A program made the translations under genes and the position numbers. The notes under the pieces were generated by a model. The model saw nothing but the letters and a program-made list of their open reading frames with translations. It had not been told where the DNA came from and did no database searches. From positions 124,001 through 188,000 of the IMG/VR virus record IMGVR_UViG_3300023083_000001: a stretch of 64,000 nt of DNA, one strand, 5' to 3'. Of the stretch, positions 38,001-46,682 are shown piece by piece. Each line of letters starts with the position of its first letter. The first letter of the stretch is position 1.

Positions 38001-39377
38001 GGTGGTCGTGGTGGTCGTAGTCGTCGGGCGATGGTTGCATCGACGCGTTTGTTTACCGATGAAGACATGGGCTTTATCTCCGAAGGTACGGTTGACTCTG
38101 GTGACGTGGCTATTATCACTTACCTGTCTCCGAACTCGAACGTGACGTCAGTACGCGGTACGGTGCGGATGTATGACGCCAAACGTGACGGTGCTTCGTC
38201 GATCATGTCCACTGCGGCTCTGCTGAGTTTTGGTGCAGACGGCGATGATCCGAAACGTGTGAACTTTATCACAGTGCAACACGGCCACGGGATTCAATCG
38301 GCTGGTGGTGAAGTGCAGGGCGCTCGGACGGGTATGGAGCGAGTCATTGCTTCCAGGATGACGCCTGAGTTTGCCACGACTGCTAAAGGTCCTGGTGAAA
38401 TCACAGAGCTGTCAGAGAACCACTTGGTAGTAACGTACAAGGACGGTGTCATCGATCGTTTCCCATTGGGTCTGCTACACACGAGCGCTGAGGGTTCTAC
38501 TTACCCGAACACGATCAAGACCGGTTTGAAGTTGGGTGACAAGGTTGAGCAGTATGACGTCATGACTTACAACGCCGGGTTCTTCAAACCAAGTTCTATC
38601 GATAAACGTCGTGTGGACTACATGAACGGTTGCGTAGGTCGGGTAGCACTTCGTGAAGCAACGTACACCGTAGAAGACAGTAGTTCTTTGGCGGTAGCGT
38701 TCGCTCAACGGATGACTACGTTGGTGTCCAAGCCTAAAACGATCATCGTTGATTTCCGTGAAGGTGTGGAAGGGTTGGTTAAAGTCGGCGATAAGGTTGA
38801 CCTTGATACAATTCTATGCACCATCCAGGGCGCTGTTTCGTCTGATGCTGGCCTCTATGACGATGCGACTCGCGAGACTCTGGCACGTTGGGCTGCGATG
38901 GCTCCAAGAGCCAAAGCTGTCGGGGTGGTTGCCAAGATCGATGTCATGTACAACGGTGACATTGACGACATGTCGGAAACCTTGCAGGTCATCGCATCGG
39001 AATCTGAACGTGAACGCAAACGTTCCGCCAGGCGCTTGGGTGAGGAATATCGCACCGGTCAAGTACCACGTCAAGTCAGGATCGATGGGCATAATCTGGA
39101 ACGTGACCAGGCTATCATCATGGTTTACATCACCACTCCTGTTGCCATGGGTATCGGCGATAAGCTGGTGATTGCTAATCAGATGAAGAGTACCGTCGGT
39201 GAGATCCTCTTTGGAGACAACCGAACAGTAGAAGGTGAGACGATCGATCTGATCTTCGGAGCCAAGTCTTGCGTCGACCGGATTGTTACCAGTCCTTTCA
39301 CGATCGGTACAACCAACACTGTCCTGCGGTTCATCGGGGAAGAAGCCTTCAAGATGTATTTTGAAGGTAAAGAGTAA
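35034..39377 (+). CDS. Virion RNA polymerase beta subunit, N-terminal part (phiKZ gp178-like)
   Basis: DGTFLYNG, EGTVDSGDV, DDPKR, TGME, EDS, GDKL...QMKSTVG, IDLIF; uninterrupted. Confidence 0.92.
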   Translation: MAELLPIESYNRRFSLFKTSQLDAPVVYPIARISLPKLSALHFVTLDGVTVGPQSSDPLMRSIPGVVYVDHLTTYHSPIGNPIKAFTSPDALINNYRRVNRAFRPLRNLDRLETDTRSLVIFNYSILAHVVKYALSFRASYFAWYNVYKEVVTNVNRIAEISNRNQFIEINLPDRIPSLSDLREYAVRQTSDTLGKFRSPELKTFADLFMWAGKTRNASLLGKIDPKHYSKVNLLVRRLNGWVVINLGWLDQFRKGDEVSLESKLESAVDITKSLETLGFESVDYSVEAVNMAPQLFQLRMLKMLTVIHQATSPIATQTAANVIDEPLVENNLDDDEKIDALDLSFQDEPYVPESDELGDDELSLAALEKELEELDHIKELSQGVESIDDDDNVVDAKSVDVDMFSQNGGIVAKEGEALIRKADELAAQGLLTPAEWRRLMRVSEVFENLPNPYGGGETIKEGMVTSQEDILIKPEVLTTDAVVTDKSLASSRVDIMERQYIDKVLKKDILRCVTSMQKAAVAITGYSIDRFTDLTNDKETHTVRFTPVVGVPSTIKFDIPVLKPDGTFLYNGTNYRMRKQRSDLPIRKVSPTRVALSSYYSKVFVERSERKTFNYGKWLIDRLIIKCQDREDPYVSDAVVRRAVDRKADVPLMYSTIAERIASFKVGGLQLWFDYRQRVEKFDYTKEERAFEKKGWVLCGRETSGQALIMDPSGMIYRIIPDAQGGTAHELDTIESLTGLDTADTPTYMAEMKIYSKAIPVGVGLAYLLGLSGLIELVGVQPRRVPVGERLNTQADEFAIRFKNESLLFKRSDMKAMMLFSGFNLYHALVRTYDVDLFDQKDVYSAIFDRAGVGSRYLREIDSLNTLFVDPITEDLLKWMKEPTTYVGLLVRSVEMLVNDTVKARRVDRDGLVESLERVRGYERVAGVVYETLSKAVRLYNARASTGKSSVQVNPNDTMNTIIQDPTTSPVNNINPIHALREREVITFGGRGGRSRRAMVASTRLFTDEDMGFISEGTVDSGDVAIITYLSPNSNVTSVRGTVRMYDAKRDGASSIMSTAALLSFGADGDDPKRVNFITVQHGHGIQSAGGEVQGARTGMERVIASRMTPEFATTAKGPGEITELSENHLVVTYKDGVIDRFPLGLLHTSAEGSTYPNTIKTGLKLGDKVEQYDVMTYNAGFFKPSSIDKRRVDYMNGCVGRVALREATYTVEDSSSLAVAFAQRMTTLVSKPKTIIVDFREGVEGLVKVGDKVDLDTILCTIQGAVSSDAGLYDDATRETLARWAAMAPRAKAVGVVAKIDVMYNGDIDDMSETLQVIASESERERKRSARRLGEEYRTGQVPRQVRIDGHNLERDQAIIMVYITTPVAMGIGDKLVIANQMKSTVGEILFGDNRTVEGETIDLIFGAKSCVDRIVTSPFTIGTTNTVLRFIGEEAFKMYFEGKE

Positions 39378-39382
39378 TCGCA

Positions 39383-39417
39383 CCACTCCCGGCTCGAAAG
39401 CCGGGAGTGGCTGTATG
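39383..39417 (+). terminator. Hairpin followed by CTGTATG
   Basis: CCACTCCCGGCT-CGAA-AGCCGGGAGTGG, with no U-tract. Confidence 0.65.
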
Positions 39418-39438
39418 TACACACATGAGGTAACAGTA

Positions 39439-39630
39439 ATGTCTCCAACGGAATTGAATAACCTGCCTATCGTTGGCACCGCTATCCAGCTTATCAGCGA
39501 GATCGCTCTGGAGGTCGTTGGTAACGACGTGGCGTCTGAAGTAGGCGGTCAGAAGATCACTCAATCGTCTGTCAAGATCCTGGCAGCCGCTTCCCTGAAC
39601 AAAGTACTGAGCGAGAAACTTTATGCTTGA
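39439..39630 (+). CDS. Small hypothetical protein (63 aa)
   Basis: GAGGT SD before ATG 39439; the longer track ORF overlaps the RNAP gene and the hairpin. Confidence 0.6.
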   Translation: MSPTELNNLPIVGTAIQLISEIALEVVGNDVASEVGGQKITQSSVKILAAASLNKVLSEKLYA

Positions 39631-41017
39631 TCCAAACGCTCTCAGCGCCGCGATCGCCGTGGTGCAGGACCAAGGTAGCCGTGGAGTGATGCTTGGTACT
39701 GTCGCTGACACTCCACTCTCTCTTCTGGTACGCGATACACCAATCATCGGTATCGATGCGCAAGCCTCGAACTACGATTCGGTTATCGCGACCATGGTCG
39801 ACATCAGCCGCGATCCGGCTCACGCCGCTACCATGCAAGACGTCGTACAGCTGGCCGCAGGCGGCGTACGTCGTTCGTTGGACTTCACCCGTAATACGGT
39901 CATGCCGCATTTGCGCAACTTGATCGAACAATACGGCGTCAGCATCCAAGCCATGGGCGCTGCTCCCCTGCCGTACGACATGGACATCGTTTACCAGCCT
40001 GAGGTTTACAAGACCTCCGTCGCTGCTGCATTCCTGGAACGTTGGGAAGCTGTCCCTGCCATGAGTGCACCTGCACCCGTGTCGTTGGGTCTGTACACGC
40101 CTGAAGAAATCTTTGCACTGGCCAAGCTGACTGATGATGGTGGTTTCAACACCTCTCTCGAGAAGCTGCTCAACGCCAATGAAGGTCGTGGTGTCCAGGC
40201 TATCATCAATGTCATTAAAGGCATTGATTCGGTCACCTCGATCGATGACAACTACGCCTTACCTTTGGCGTTGGTGCTTGCCAACATGGACACGCCGAAA
40301 GAAGGCGTGCAGATGACGTACAGCAACTACAACAGCACACGTGCCTTACTGGCCATGTTGGCTGGTAAGAAAGCGCTGAATGTGATTGCACGTCTGAATC
40401 ACGCACTCAATGTAAACGGTATCTACATGCCGGGTATGTTGGTAGCGGGTAAGATCAACCTGTGTGGTGAAGTCTACAAAACCATGCTGGACAAAGGTCT
40501 GACCGCTGAAGCGTTGATCGGTAACGAACTGCTCAATCGCAAGTATCGTTCGCTGCAACTGACTGACCCTGCGGTGATTGCTGAACTGACCGAAGTCTAC
40601 AACCGTGATCGCGGTGTGCGTGAGCAGGCTTATCTGCTGACCAAGCGTCAACGTGCTCGTACTGTTCTGATGAACGTGCTGCGTGAAGACCAGAAGCGCA
40701 TTGCTGCATCTGGCGAGTTCACCGTTGAAGGCGACACTGCTGAGAAGTCCTGGGGGCGTTTGAAAGATTTCCTCGACAAGCTCATGACTACGCTGTGGGC
40801 AGATTCCGAGCCTACCACGTTGATCGCTGCGGCAACCTGCGCTGTCTGGTACGCACACACCGATGCTTCGAAGATCATCGACATCATGTTCGACATCGAG
40901 AAGTCCAATCCTGGTCTGCCTTCCAAAGAAGTCGCGACCCTGGCTACCTTGCGTTACATCAGCGAATGGGTTGCCAGTCAGATCGTAGTTGGTGGTAATC
41001 CTGCTGAAGGCGTCTGA
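39623..41017 (+). CDS. Conserved phiKZ-like protein (gp177-like position)
   Basis: 464 aa; synteny between vRNAP and protease genes. Confidence 0.6.
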   Translation: MLDPNALSAAIAVVQDQGSRGVMLGTVADTPLSLLVRDTPIIGIDAQASNYDSVIATMVDISRDPAHAATMQDVVQLAAGGVRRSLDFTRNTVMPHLRNLIEQYGVSIQAMGAAPLPYDMDIVYQPEVYKTSVAAAFLERWEAVPAMSAPAPVSLGLYTPEEIFALAKLTDDGGFNTSLEKLLNANEGRGVQAIINVIKGIDSVTSIDDNYALPLALVLANMDTPKEGVQMTYSNYNSTRALLAMLAGKKALNVIARLNHALNVNGIYMPGMLVAGKINLCGEVYKTMLDKGLTAEALIGNELLNRKYRSLQLTDPAVIAELTEVYNRDRGVREQAYLLTKRQRARTVLMNVLREDQKRIAASGEFTVEGDTAEKSWGRLKDFLDKLMTTLWADSEPTTLIAAATCAVWYAHTDASKIIDIMFDIEKSNPGLPSKEVATLATLRYISEWVASQIVVGGNPAEGV

Positions 41018-41027
41018 GGGCTGAGTC

Positions 41028-41750
41028 ATGCGAGCATCTGACTACAAGCGCTCGAAGACCCGTGTGGATGCCTGCTTGAAACGAGTAGGCGATTCCCTCA
41101 TTGCTCTGGAACCTTTGCGGATTCACATCCCTGAACGTTTTGCTGAGCGTGATCTAGCTGTGATTGAGGACGTCTCATGCGTCCTCGGTTTCCTGGCGAT
41201 CATCACTGAGGACAACTATTACGCAGCGTCCACGGTTACGGGGATGTTCTACACTGACCCAGATCGGGTTGGACGCTGCGTGGTGGATGACAAGGGTTAC
41301 ATCGAGCTAAGTTACGATAAAGGTTCACGGGTTATCTCCAACACCAACATCGTAATGATCGACAACATGATCCATCGGGTTTATACCGAGATGTACGGTA
41401 AGGGTAACATTCCGTGGTATTACAGCTACGAAGACCTACCGCGCATGTTTTACGAGACAGGTAAGTACAACGGCGTGAAGCTGGGTGCCGATCTGTCGAT
41501 CCTGGAGTACGCCGCAGCGCAGTTGTGCCGTGATCCAGACGATCCTACCAAATACTACCGTCAACGTCCTAACGCCAAGGCTGAGAGCGTCACAAACCCA
41601 CCTTACTTCGTAGGGTTGCGGAACGTGGCCTTTGGTGCAACTAACCTTGCATCCAAACTTCCTGGTTCTTATTTCGATGATGGCATGACTAGCGTGTTGA
41701 CGCGTCCATCCGATCGCAGTGAGCGACTGGAGACGATGCTTCGGCAATAA
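41028..41750 (+). CDS. Conserved phiKZ-like protein (gp176-like position)
   Basis: Synteny, directly before the protease; GNIPWY..YRQ..GSYF motifs. Confidence 0.6.
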   Translation: MRASDYKRSKTRVDACLKRVGDSLIALEPLRIHIPERFAERDLAVIEDVSCVLGFLAIITEDNYYAASTVTGMFYTDPDRVGRCVVDDKGYIELSYDKGSRVISNTNIVMIDNMIHRVYTEMYGKGNIPWYYSYEDLPRMFYETGKYNGVKLGADLSILEYAAAQLCRDPDDPTKYYRQRPNAKAESVTNPPYFVGLRNVAFGATNLASKLPGSYFDDGMTSVLTRPSDRSERLETMLRQ

Positions 41751-41761
41751 AGGAATTCATC

Positions 41762-42556
41762 ATGGCCAACGTTGCAATGCTTCAACAGAGTGGCCCGGTT
41801 ACGTCTTACAGCAACATTGCTTTGGCAGGCAGTTGTAAGCAGGGCATCCTCAAAAAACTCGACAATGGTTACTGCGAAATTATCCTCGGTGCGTTTGCAG
41901 CGTTTGGTAATGGTGGCTGGTTGTACGATGCGCGCACCGCCATGCGCTACATCGAGCAGGATCGAGACTTCCTGGCGTTGCTTCAGTCAGGTCGTCTGCG
42001 CAGTGAGTGGGGTCACCCGCGCCGTCTACCGGGTATGACTGACCAAGACTGGTTCATCCGTATCTGCGAGATCATGGAGAACAACGTTTCTTCTCACATC
42101 CGCAAGATCAGTGTTTCGATGAACACTGTGCGTGATGAGCGTGGTCGTATGGTTGTGGCTGTGATCGGTGAGGTTCGTCCATCGGGTCCTCATGAAGGCA
42201 GCTTCCAGCGCATGCTGGATAACCCGGATGAAGATGTCAACTATTCCATCCGCTGTTTTGCCAACAAAAACTTCAAGATGATGACCAAGCACATCAACCG
42301 GATCATCACTTGGGACAGCGTGTTCGACCCTGGTATCAAGGTCGCCACCAAGTACAAAACGCCAAGCCTGGAATCGCGTGCGGTTACTCAGGTGTTGGAC
42401 GATGTCGAGTTCAACCTCGACCAGTTGCGCCAAGGTCTTCTTGATCCTGCCAACGCAGCCAGCTTTGAGAACATGTCACCGTTCGTCAAGGTACTCGATG
42501 GTCTTTACGAAGACACTCGCGTCAGTATCGCAATGCCAACCACTTTGAAATGGTAA
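41762..42556 (+). CDS. Prohead protease (phiKZ gp175-like)
   Basis: EWGHP (catalytic His), NVSSHI, YSIR (catalytic Ser), TWD.V..PGI; C-terminal SLE/SFE autocleavage-type sites. Confidence 0.9.
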   Translation: MANVAMLQQSGPVTSYSNIALAGSCKQGILKKLDNGYCEIILGAFAAFGNGGWLYDARTAMRYIEQDRDFLALLQSGRLRSEWGHPRRLPGMTDQDWFIRICEIMENNVSSHIRKISVSMNTVRDERGRMVVAVIGEVRPSGPHEGSFQRMLDNPDEDVNYSIRCFANKNFKMMTKHINRIITWDSVFDPGIKVATKYKTPSLESRAVTQVLDDVEFNLDQLRQGLLDPANAASFENMSPFVKVLDGLYEDTRVSIAMPTTLKW

Positions 42557-42586
42557 GCTACTTTACCCACAACTGGAATTAAGTTA

Positions 42587-43996
42587 ATGGACCTGAGCCA
42601 ACTGATGCGAGACTACGCCGTTGAAAGCGGCGAGATGATCGTAGAACAAGTACCTGAGAATACTCAGGAGATGTTGAACGATCTGTTGATTCAAGAAACC
42701 ATCGCCGCTGGCGAGCCGACTGTTACTGCTCAGCTGGATCAGGCTGAAACCAGCGAAGACATCGCTGATCAGTTGGACGACCTGGCTGATCGCGCTGACG
42801 CAGTCATCGCTACCCAGGCTGATCCTGAAACCGCAGTATCCGCCGATGTGCTCAACGTCTCGATCGAATCGCTGCACCGCGAGTTCAACGTCGTCATGCG
42901 TGCTCACAAACTGCAAGAGGTCTTCAAGGCTTCCAGCTTTGAATCCGCTGGCAGCGACAGTGATCGCCTGACCGGTTTGGCAGCTGATGCTCGCCGCACC
43001 GCTGTGGTTACCCGCGGTCACGCTAAAGCACTGAAGGATCTCAGTGCTGAAGCAGGCGACATCCTGCGCTTCCTGCGTCAGGACAAAGCACGTTTGCAGA
43101 AAGCCAACGCGACTTTGGGCGCAGCCGTGGGTAAGTTGAACGGTCAATTGGCTGATCTGAAAGATGATCCGAAGATCATCAACCACGAAGGCATTGGTCG
43201 TTGGTTGACCGTGGAAGGCAAGCCGATCAAGAGCTTGAAAGACGCGGTTGAAGACGAAGCCAAATGGCTGGGTAAAGCGCACGACGCGGTTGATAAACTG
43301 GTGACCGAGTTGAAAGTCGCCGCGACCAAGCTCAAGGGCGACCCAACCCTCAGCGTCGATACGTTGCTGCCTGCCTCGATGTTCACGGCTGTCAACGGCC
43401 TGAGCACTGGTACCGGTGCGCTGATGGGTAACATCACCATCACGGGCGTAAGCACTGGCGAGAAAGTTTTCAAATACAAACGCGAGAACGAGTTCGTCGT
43501 CAGCAAAGGTAAAATTGCCAAAGCTGTCGGCTGGGGCATATTGGCAACTATCGGTTGGGGATTGGTCGGTGGTCTCGGCATCGCTATCGGTGGCGTCTTG
43601 ACTGGCGGTCTTATTTCAGGATTGGCTGGGACCTCGGTTGGGGTGGCGGCCACTAACCTGGCTGTTCGGACGGCTGGTGCGGTTTCTGCCGCCAAGTCTT
43701 ACGATGAAGATGTCAATAAATCTGAAGCTCAATCGGTGGCTAACCCTTCCGATCTGAAATCGGCATTGACCACGATCTTGGGTTACACCAAGTTCACCAA
43801 CTTCCACATGGATGTGGATGGTACTGGCGAACTTGTACAGATGTTGGATGCTATTGACGAGTTCAAAGGGGCTCGCGTCGCCTCTGGCGCCATCTTCGAT
43901 GCACTGAGTCGCTGCATGGAGATCTCTGAGATCATCTACGATCAAGCTATCTACACTACCACCAGCGCCGCTACACTGGCTTCTAAAGCAGTCTAA
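42587..43996 (+). CDS. Internal head (ejection) protein with acidic propeptide and Gly-rich hydrophobic segment
   Basis: Acidic N-terminus with AVE/SIE/SFE/SAE sites; GWGILATIGWGLVGGLGIAIGGVLTGGLISGLAG segment. Confidence 0.7.
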   Translation: MDLSQLMRDYAVESGEMIVEQVPENTQEMLNDLLIQETIAAGEPTVTAQLDQAETSEDIADQLDDLADRADAVIATQADPETAVSADVLNVSIESLHREFNVVMRAHKLQEVFKASSFESAGSDSDRLTGLAADARRTAVVTRGHAKALKDLSAEAGDILRFLRQDKARLQKANATLGAAVGKLNGQLADLKDDPKIINHEGIGRWLTVEGKPIKSLKDAVEDEAKWLGKAHDAVDKLVTELKVAATKLKGDPTLSVDTLLPASMFTAVNGLSTGTGALMGNITITGVSTGEKVFKYKRENEFVVSKGKIAKAVGWGILATIGWGLVGGLGIAIGGVLTGGLISGLAGTSVGVAATNLAVRTAGAVSAAKSYDEDVNKSEAQSVANPSDLKSALTTILGYTKFTNFHMDVDGTGELVQMLDAIDEFKGARVASGAIFDALSRCMEISEIIYDQAIYTTTSAATLASKAV

Positions 43997-43997
43997 G

Positions 43998-44048
43998 CGA
44001 CATAGTCCCCTCCTACTGGCGTGAACCAGTAGGAGGGGCTTTATGCTG
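43998..44048. terminator. CATA..TATG-type hairpin
   Basis: CCCCTCCTACTGG-CGTGAA-CCAGTAGGAGGGG then CTTTATGCTG. Confidence 0.7.
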
Positions 44049-44072
44049 CATTATAATCGTAGTTAAAAAATC

Positions 44073-44098
44073 TATGGTCACACATTGTAGTATTAGAC
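44073..44098 (+). promoter_or_regulatory. Putative early promoter
   Basis: TATGGTCACACATTG-TAGTAT-TAGA. Confidence 0.5.
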
Positions 44099-44124
44099 AC
44101 AGGCAACAATCAGAGGAAATTGGC

Positions 44125-44661
44125 ATGTTCCCCAGAGAGCCAGCAACTTACATCATGACACATCGCCCATCTGGCGTGTATTACATTGGTTCTACAGGTA
44201 ATCTTAATTTAAGAGTAGCTCAACACAAATACAAAATCATTAACGGGGAACATAACTCAACGCAGTTCAAAGCACTCTCATCGCGTTGGGAAGATATTTC
44301 TATCGAGTATGAACTTGCGGTTGATTACCACAACGCTGAGAGTCTAGAAATAGCTCTACTGAAAACAAACATCAAAGACCCATTGTGTTCTAACGCAATG
44401 ACCACTGTCCAAGAATGGGCTAAGGCTACCACGCACTTTGACGAAGCTCGTCGTAAATCAGCTGACACGCGGAGGGGTAAACCCAGAGATGAGTTGACTC
44501 GTTCTAAAATAAGCGCGGCTAAGAGTCGCCGTATAGTTGGCGACGGAGTCGAATACGCATCAGCGTTGGAAGCTTCTCAGAAATTAGGAATACCGTACAG
44601 AACTGTTCGATCTAGATTGGGCAGTAATAATGGCTTAGGTAAGCTCTGGTACTACTTGTAA
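44125..44661 (+). CDS. Free-standing GIY-YIG homing endonuclease with NUMOD3 and HTH tail
   Basis: ATYIMTHRPSGVYYIGSTGNL..R...H, conserved Glu, RSKISAAK, EYASALEASQKLGI; more AT-rich than flanking genes; GAGGA SD before ATG 44125. Confidence 0.88.
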   Translation: MFPREPATYIMTHRPSGVYYIGSTGNLNLRVAQHKYKIINGEHNSTQFKALSSRWEDISIEYELAVDYHNAESLEIALLKTNIKDPLCSNAMTTVQEWAKATTHFDEARRKSADTRRGKPRDELTRSKISAAKSRRIVGDGVEYASALEASQKLGIPYRTVRSRLGSNNGLGKLWYYL

Positions 44662-44724
44662 CCCAACCCCAAATAGAAACAATAATGTCTCTATCAACTC
44701 GAAATTCCCGTGGAGGGAACTATC

Positions 44725-45150
44725 ATGAAAACTACACACGAACTGTTCATCGAAACTTTCAACAACATCACCGTCAAAGTTCCATTCAATCCTGAGTGGA
44801 ACAATGGCACTGGTTACTTCAACGGTCTGGCAGAAGCGAACCTGGGTCTGCCCGTCGGTACTCGTTTCACCACCGTCACCGAAGGTGAGAACGATCGCAA
44901 GATCGTCGGCATCGTTACAGGTGCGGGTAACGTGGTCTTCTTCGAACGTTACACTGCTGGCAAGAACGGCGTTATCACGCTGAACCTGCCACGCGCATTG
45001 ACCGGTCTGTACGACACTGGCGTACAGTCTCCGATGATCTTCGAACTGGCTGTCGGTGGTACTGGCGGTTGGAACGCTAACATCGGTAAGGTGCTGGACC
45101 GCTACGTTGAGGCTGGTTTGAAAGAAGCCAAACTGGTTGAGGTTGAATAA
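44725..45150 (+). CDS. Early hypothetical protein (WNNGTGYFNG motif)
   Basis: GGAGGG SD before ATG 44725; strongly biased codons. Confidence 0.7.
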   Translation: MKTTHELFIETFNNITVKVPFNPEWNNGTGYFNGLAEANLGLPVGTRFTTVTEGENDRKIVGIVTGAGNVVFFERYTAGKNGVITLNLPRALTGLYDTGVQSPMIFELAVGGTGGWNANIGKVLDRYVEAGLKEAKLVEVE

Positions 45151-45166
45151 TCTCAATCTAAAGAAA

Positions 45167-45191
45167 TACAGTAACACATCACCACCTTGAA
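45167..45191 (+). promoter_or_regulatory. Putative early promoter
   Basis: TACAGTAACACATCA-CCACCT-TGAA. Confidence 0.55.
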
Positions 45192-45237
45192 TCAAATCCC
45201 TAATTGTTCGCAATACCACCATTTGGAGTAATACCGC

Positions 45238-45501
45238 ATGTCCACTGAAATCATGAACGTTACCGCTGAAGTTGTTCGCAATGCAAACTTCGTTACCAAG
45301 CTCAAAGGCCTGGCTACCGCTCACCCGATCGGCGCTCTGGTTGTTGGTACCGGCACCGTTGCTCTCGCCAGCTACGGCGCGTACAAGATCACCCGTTCCA
45401 TCTTCGGCCGTAAGTCTGCACCTGTGCAGATCAAAGCTCAAGTCGCACCAGCACCTGCCCCAGTCGTCACCCCAGCGCCGGCTGCAACTGAAGCTGCGTA
45501 A
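45238..45501 (+). CDS. Small early membrane protein with Pro/Ala tail
   Basis: GGAG SD; transmembrane segment IGALVVGTGTVALASYGAY. Confidence 0.7.
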   Translation: MSTEIMNVTAEVVRNANFVTKLKGLATAHPIGALVVGTGTVALASYGAYKITRSIFGRKSAPVQIKAQVAPAPAPVVTPAPAATEAA

Positions 45502-45508
45502 ACCAGAG

Positions 45509-45554
45509 ACACTCAGGAGCCGAAAGGTTCCTGAGTGTTCTTTCTTTTTTTTTG
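45509..45554 (+). terminator. Intrinsic terminator
   Basis: ACACTCAGGAGCC-GAAA-GGTTCCTGAGTGT then TCTTTCTTTTTTTTT. Confidence 0.85.
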
Positions 45555-45567
45555 TAAGTAAACCAAA

Positions 45568-45593
45568 CATAATCACACATTACCAGATTAGAC
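45568..45593 (+). promoter_or_regulatory. Putative early promoter
   Basis: CATAATCACACATTA-CCAGAT-TAGA. Confidence 0.6.
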
Positions 45594-45618
45594 AATACTC
45601 ATCGATGGAGCAGTACGC

Positions 45619-46068
45619 ATGACACAGCCTCGCCGTAGTACAATAAACAAGTCGATTGATCTTCAAGCTTCTCTGGCTATTGTCAGTCTGCTTGAGTTAC
45701 ATCTCGCCAAAGAAGAAAGCTACGGCTATCATATTGAAGTCGAGATCTACAACCACACAATCACGTTGGCTCAAGGAAACCCTGATAGTAAGGACTCACC
45801 AGGCACTGAACGTGTGGCTGCGATCACATTCCCTTACCGGGTGTCCAGTGAGATTATTATCGAGTTCGGTTTGGCTACCAGTTTCGAAACGATGGAAGAG
45901 CTGGACACCGATCCAAGACCTATGGCGTTGTATGACACCAAACGTCTTTGCGAATCATCCATCGATTCCATGGAAGTCAAGTCGGTGAGTTTCAATCACA
46001 ACGACTTCGACGGCGCTGTTAACTTTCTGTACAAATGGCTGTTCCCAGAAATCCCTGCATCTGCGTAA
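45619..46068 (+). CDS. Early hypothetical protein
   Basis: GGAG SD; follows the promoter motif. Confidence 0.65.
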   Translation: MTQPRRSTINKSIDLQASLAIVSLLELHLAKEESYGYHIEVEIYNHTITLAQGNPDSKDSPGTERVAAITFPYRVSSEIIIEFGLATSFETMEELDTDPRPMALYDTKRLCESSIDSMEVKSVSFNHNDFDGAVNFLYKWLFPEIPASA

Positions 46069-46163
46069 TAAGTTACAAACGTTGTAAGTCCTGTGTTCAG
46101 AGGTAACCCGCCTCGACACGAATACCTAACCCGTGTAAACCCGTAAAGTAAGGAAGTGTTCCA

Positions 46164-46625
46164 ATGACTGCTAAACTCCCAGCTGATAACATCCGCGCCA
46201 TTGCTGATGCCCTGAAGCCTGCAATCGAAATCGATCCAACCACCGGCGTCGCCAAAGCCGACACCGCTGAAGATATCTTTGCTCAGTTCCTGCCGGCCAC
46301 CATCACCCTCGACACCGTCAAAGACGTCCAGGGCGCGATGCTCGACTTCTCCGCTGCCCAGACCCTGGCGCACGGCGAGTTGCAGATCAACCACATGCAC
46401 AAACACCCTGAGCTGAAATCCGGTTCGCTGTCGACCAAGATCGGCTACAGCAGCTTCGAATCCAGCATCAAGCGCGAAACCTCCGGCGTCGCCATGGGCA
46501 AAGCCTGGAAGAAACAAGGCGTTGCTGTTACTGACGTCGTGCTCGGCACCGGCCGCAAGAAGTCTGACTACAACACCGCTGTCGCCTATCTGGGCGAGCA
46601 CGCAGAATCGGTCTTCGCTAACTAA
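46164..46625 (+). CDS. Hypothetical protein, predicted highly expressed
   Basis: AAGGA SD; strong C-ending codon bias like the sheath gene. Confidence 0.75.
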   Translation: MTAKLPADNIRAIADALKPAIEIDPTTGVAKADTAEDIFAQFLPATITLDTVKDVQGAMLDFSAAQTLAHGELQINHMHKHPELKSGSLSTKIGYSSFESSIKRETSGVAMGKAWKKQGVAVTDVVLGTGRKKSDYNTAVAYLGEHAESVFAN

Positions 46626-46682
46626 GCGAAACTGGTATGTTAGCAACCCTGGAAGGGCCAACCTCTGGGGAAGCTGACACGT

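Noticed and set aside
33327-39377. Possible introns or inteins in the vRNAP genes (and in terminase)
   Set aside because: Reading frames are continuous, of expected size, with no splice or endonuclease motifs seen
44668-44704. Possible seventh early promoter (AACAATAATGTCTCTATCAACTCGAA)
   Set aside because: The core CACATT is missing; too degenerate to call
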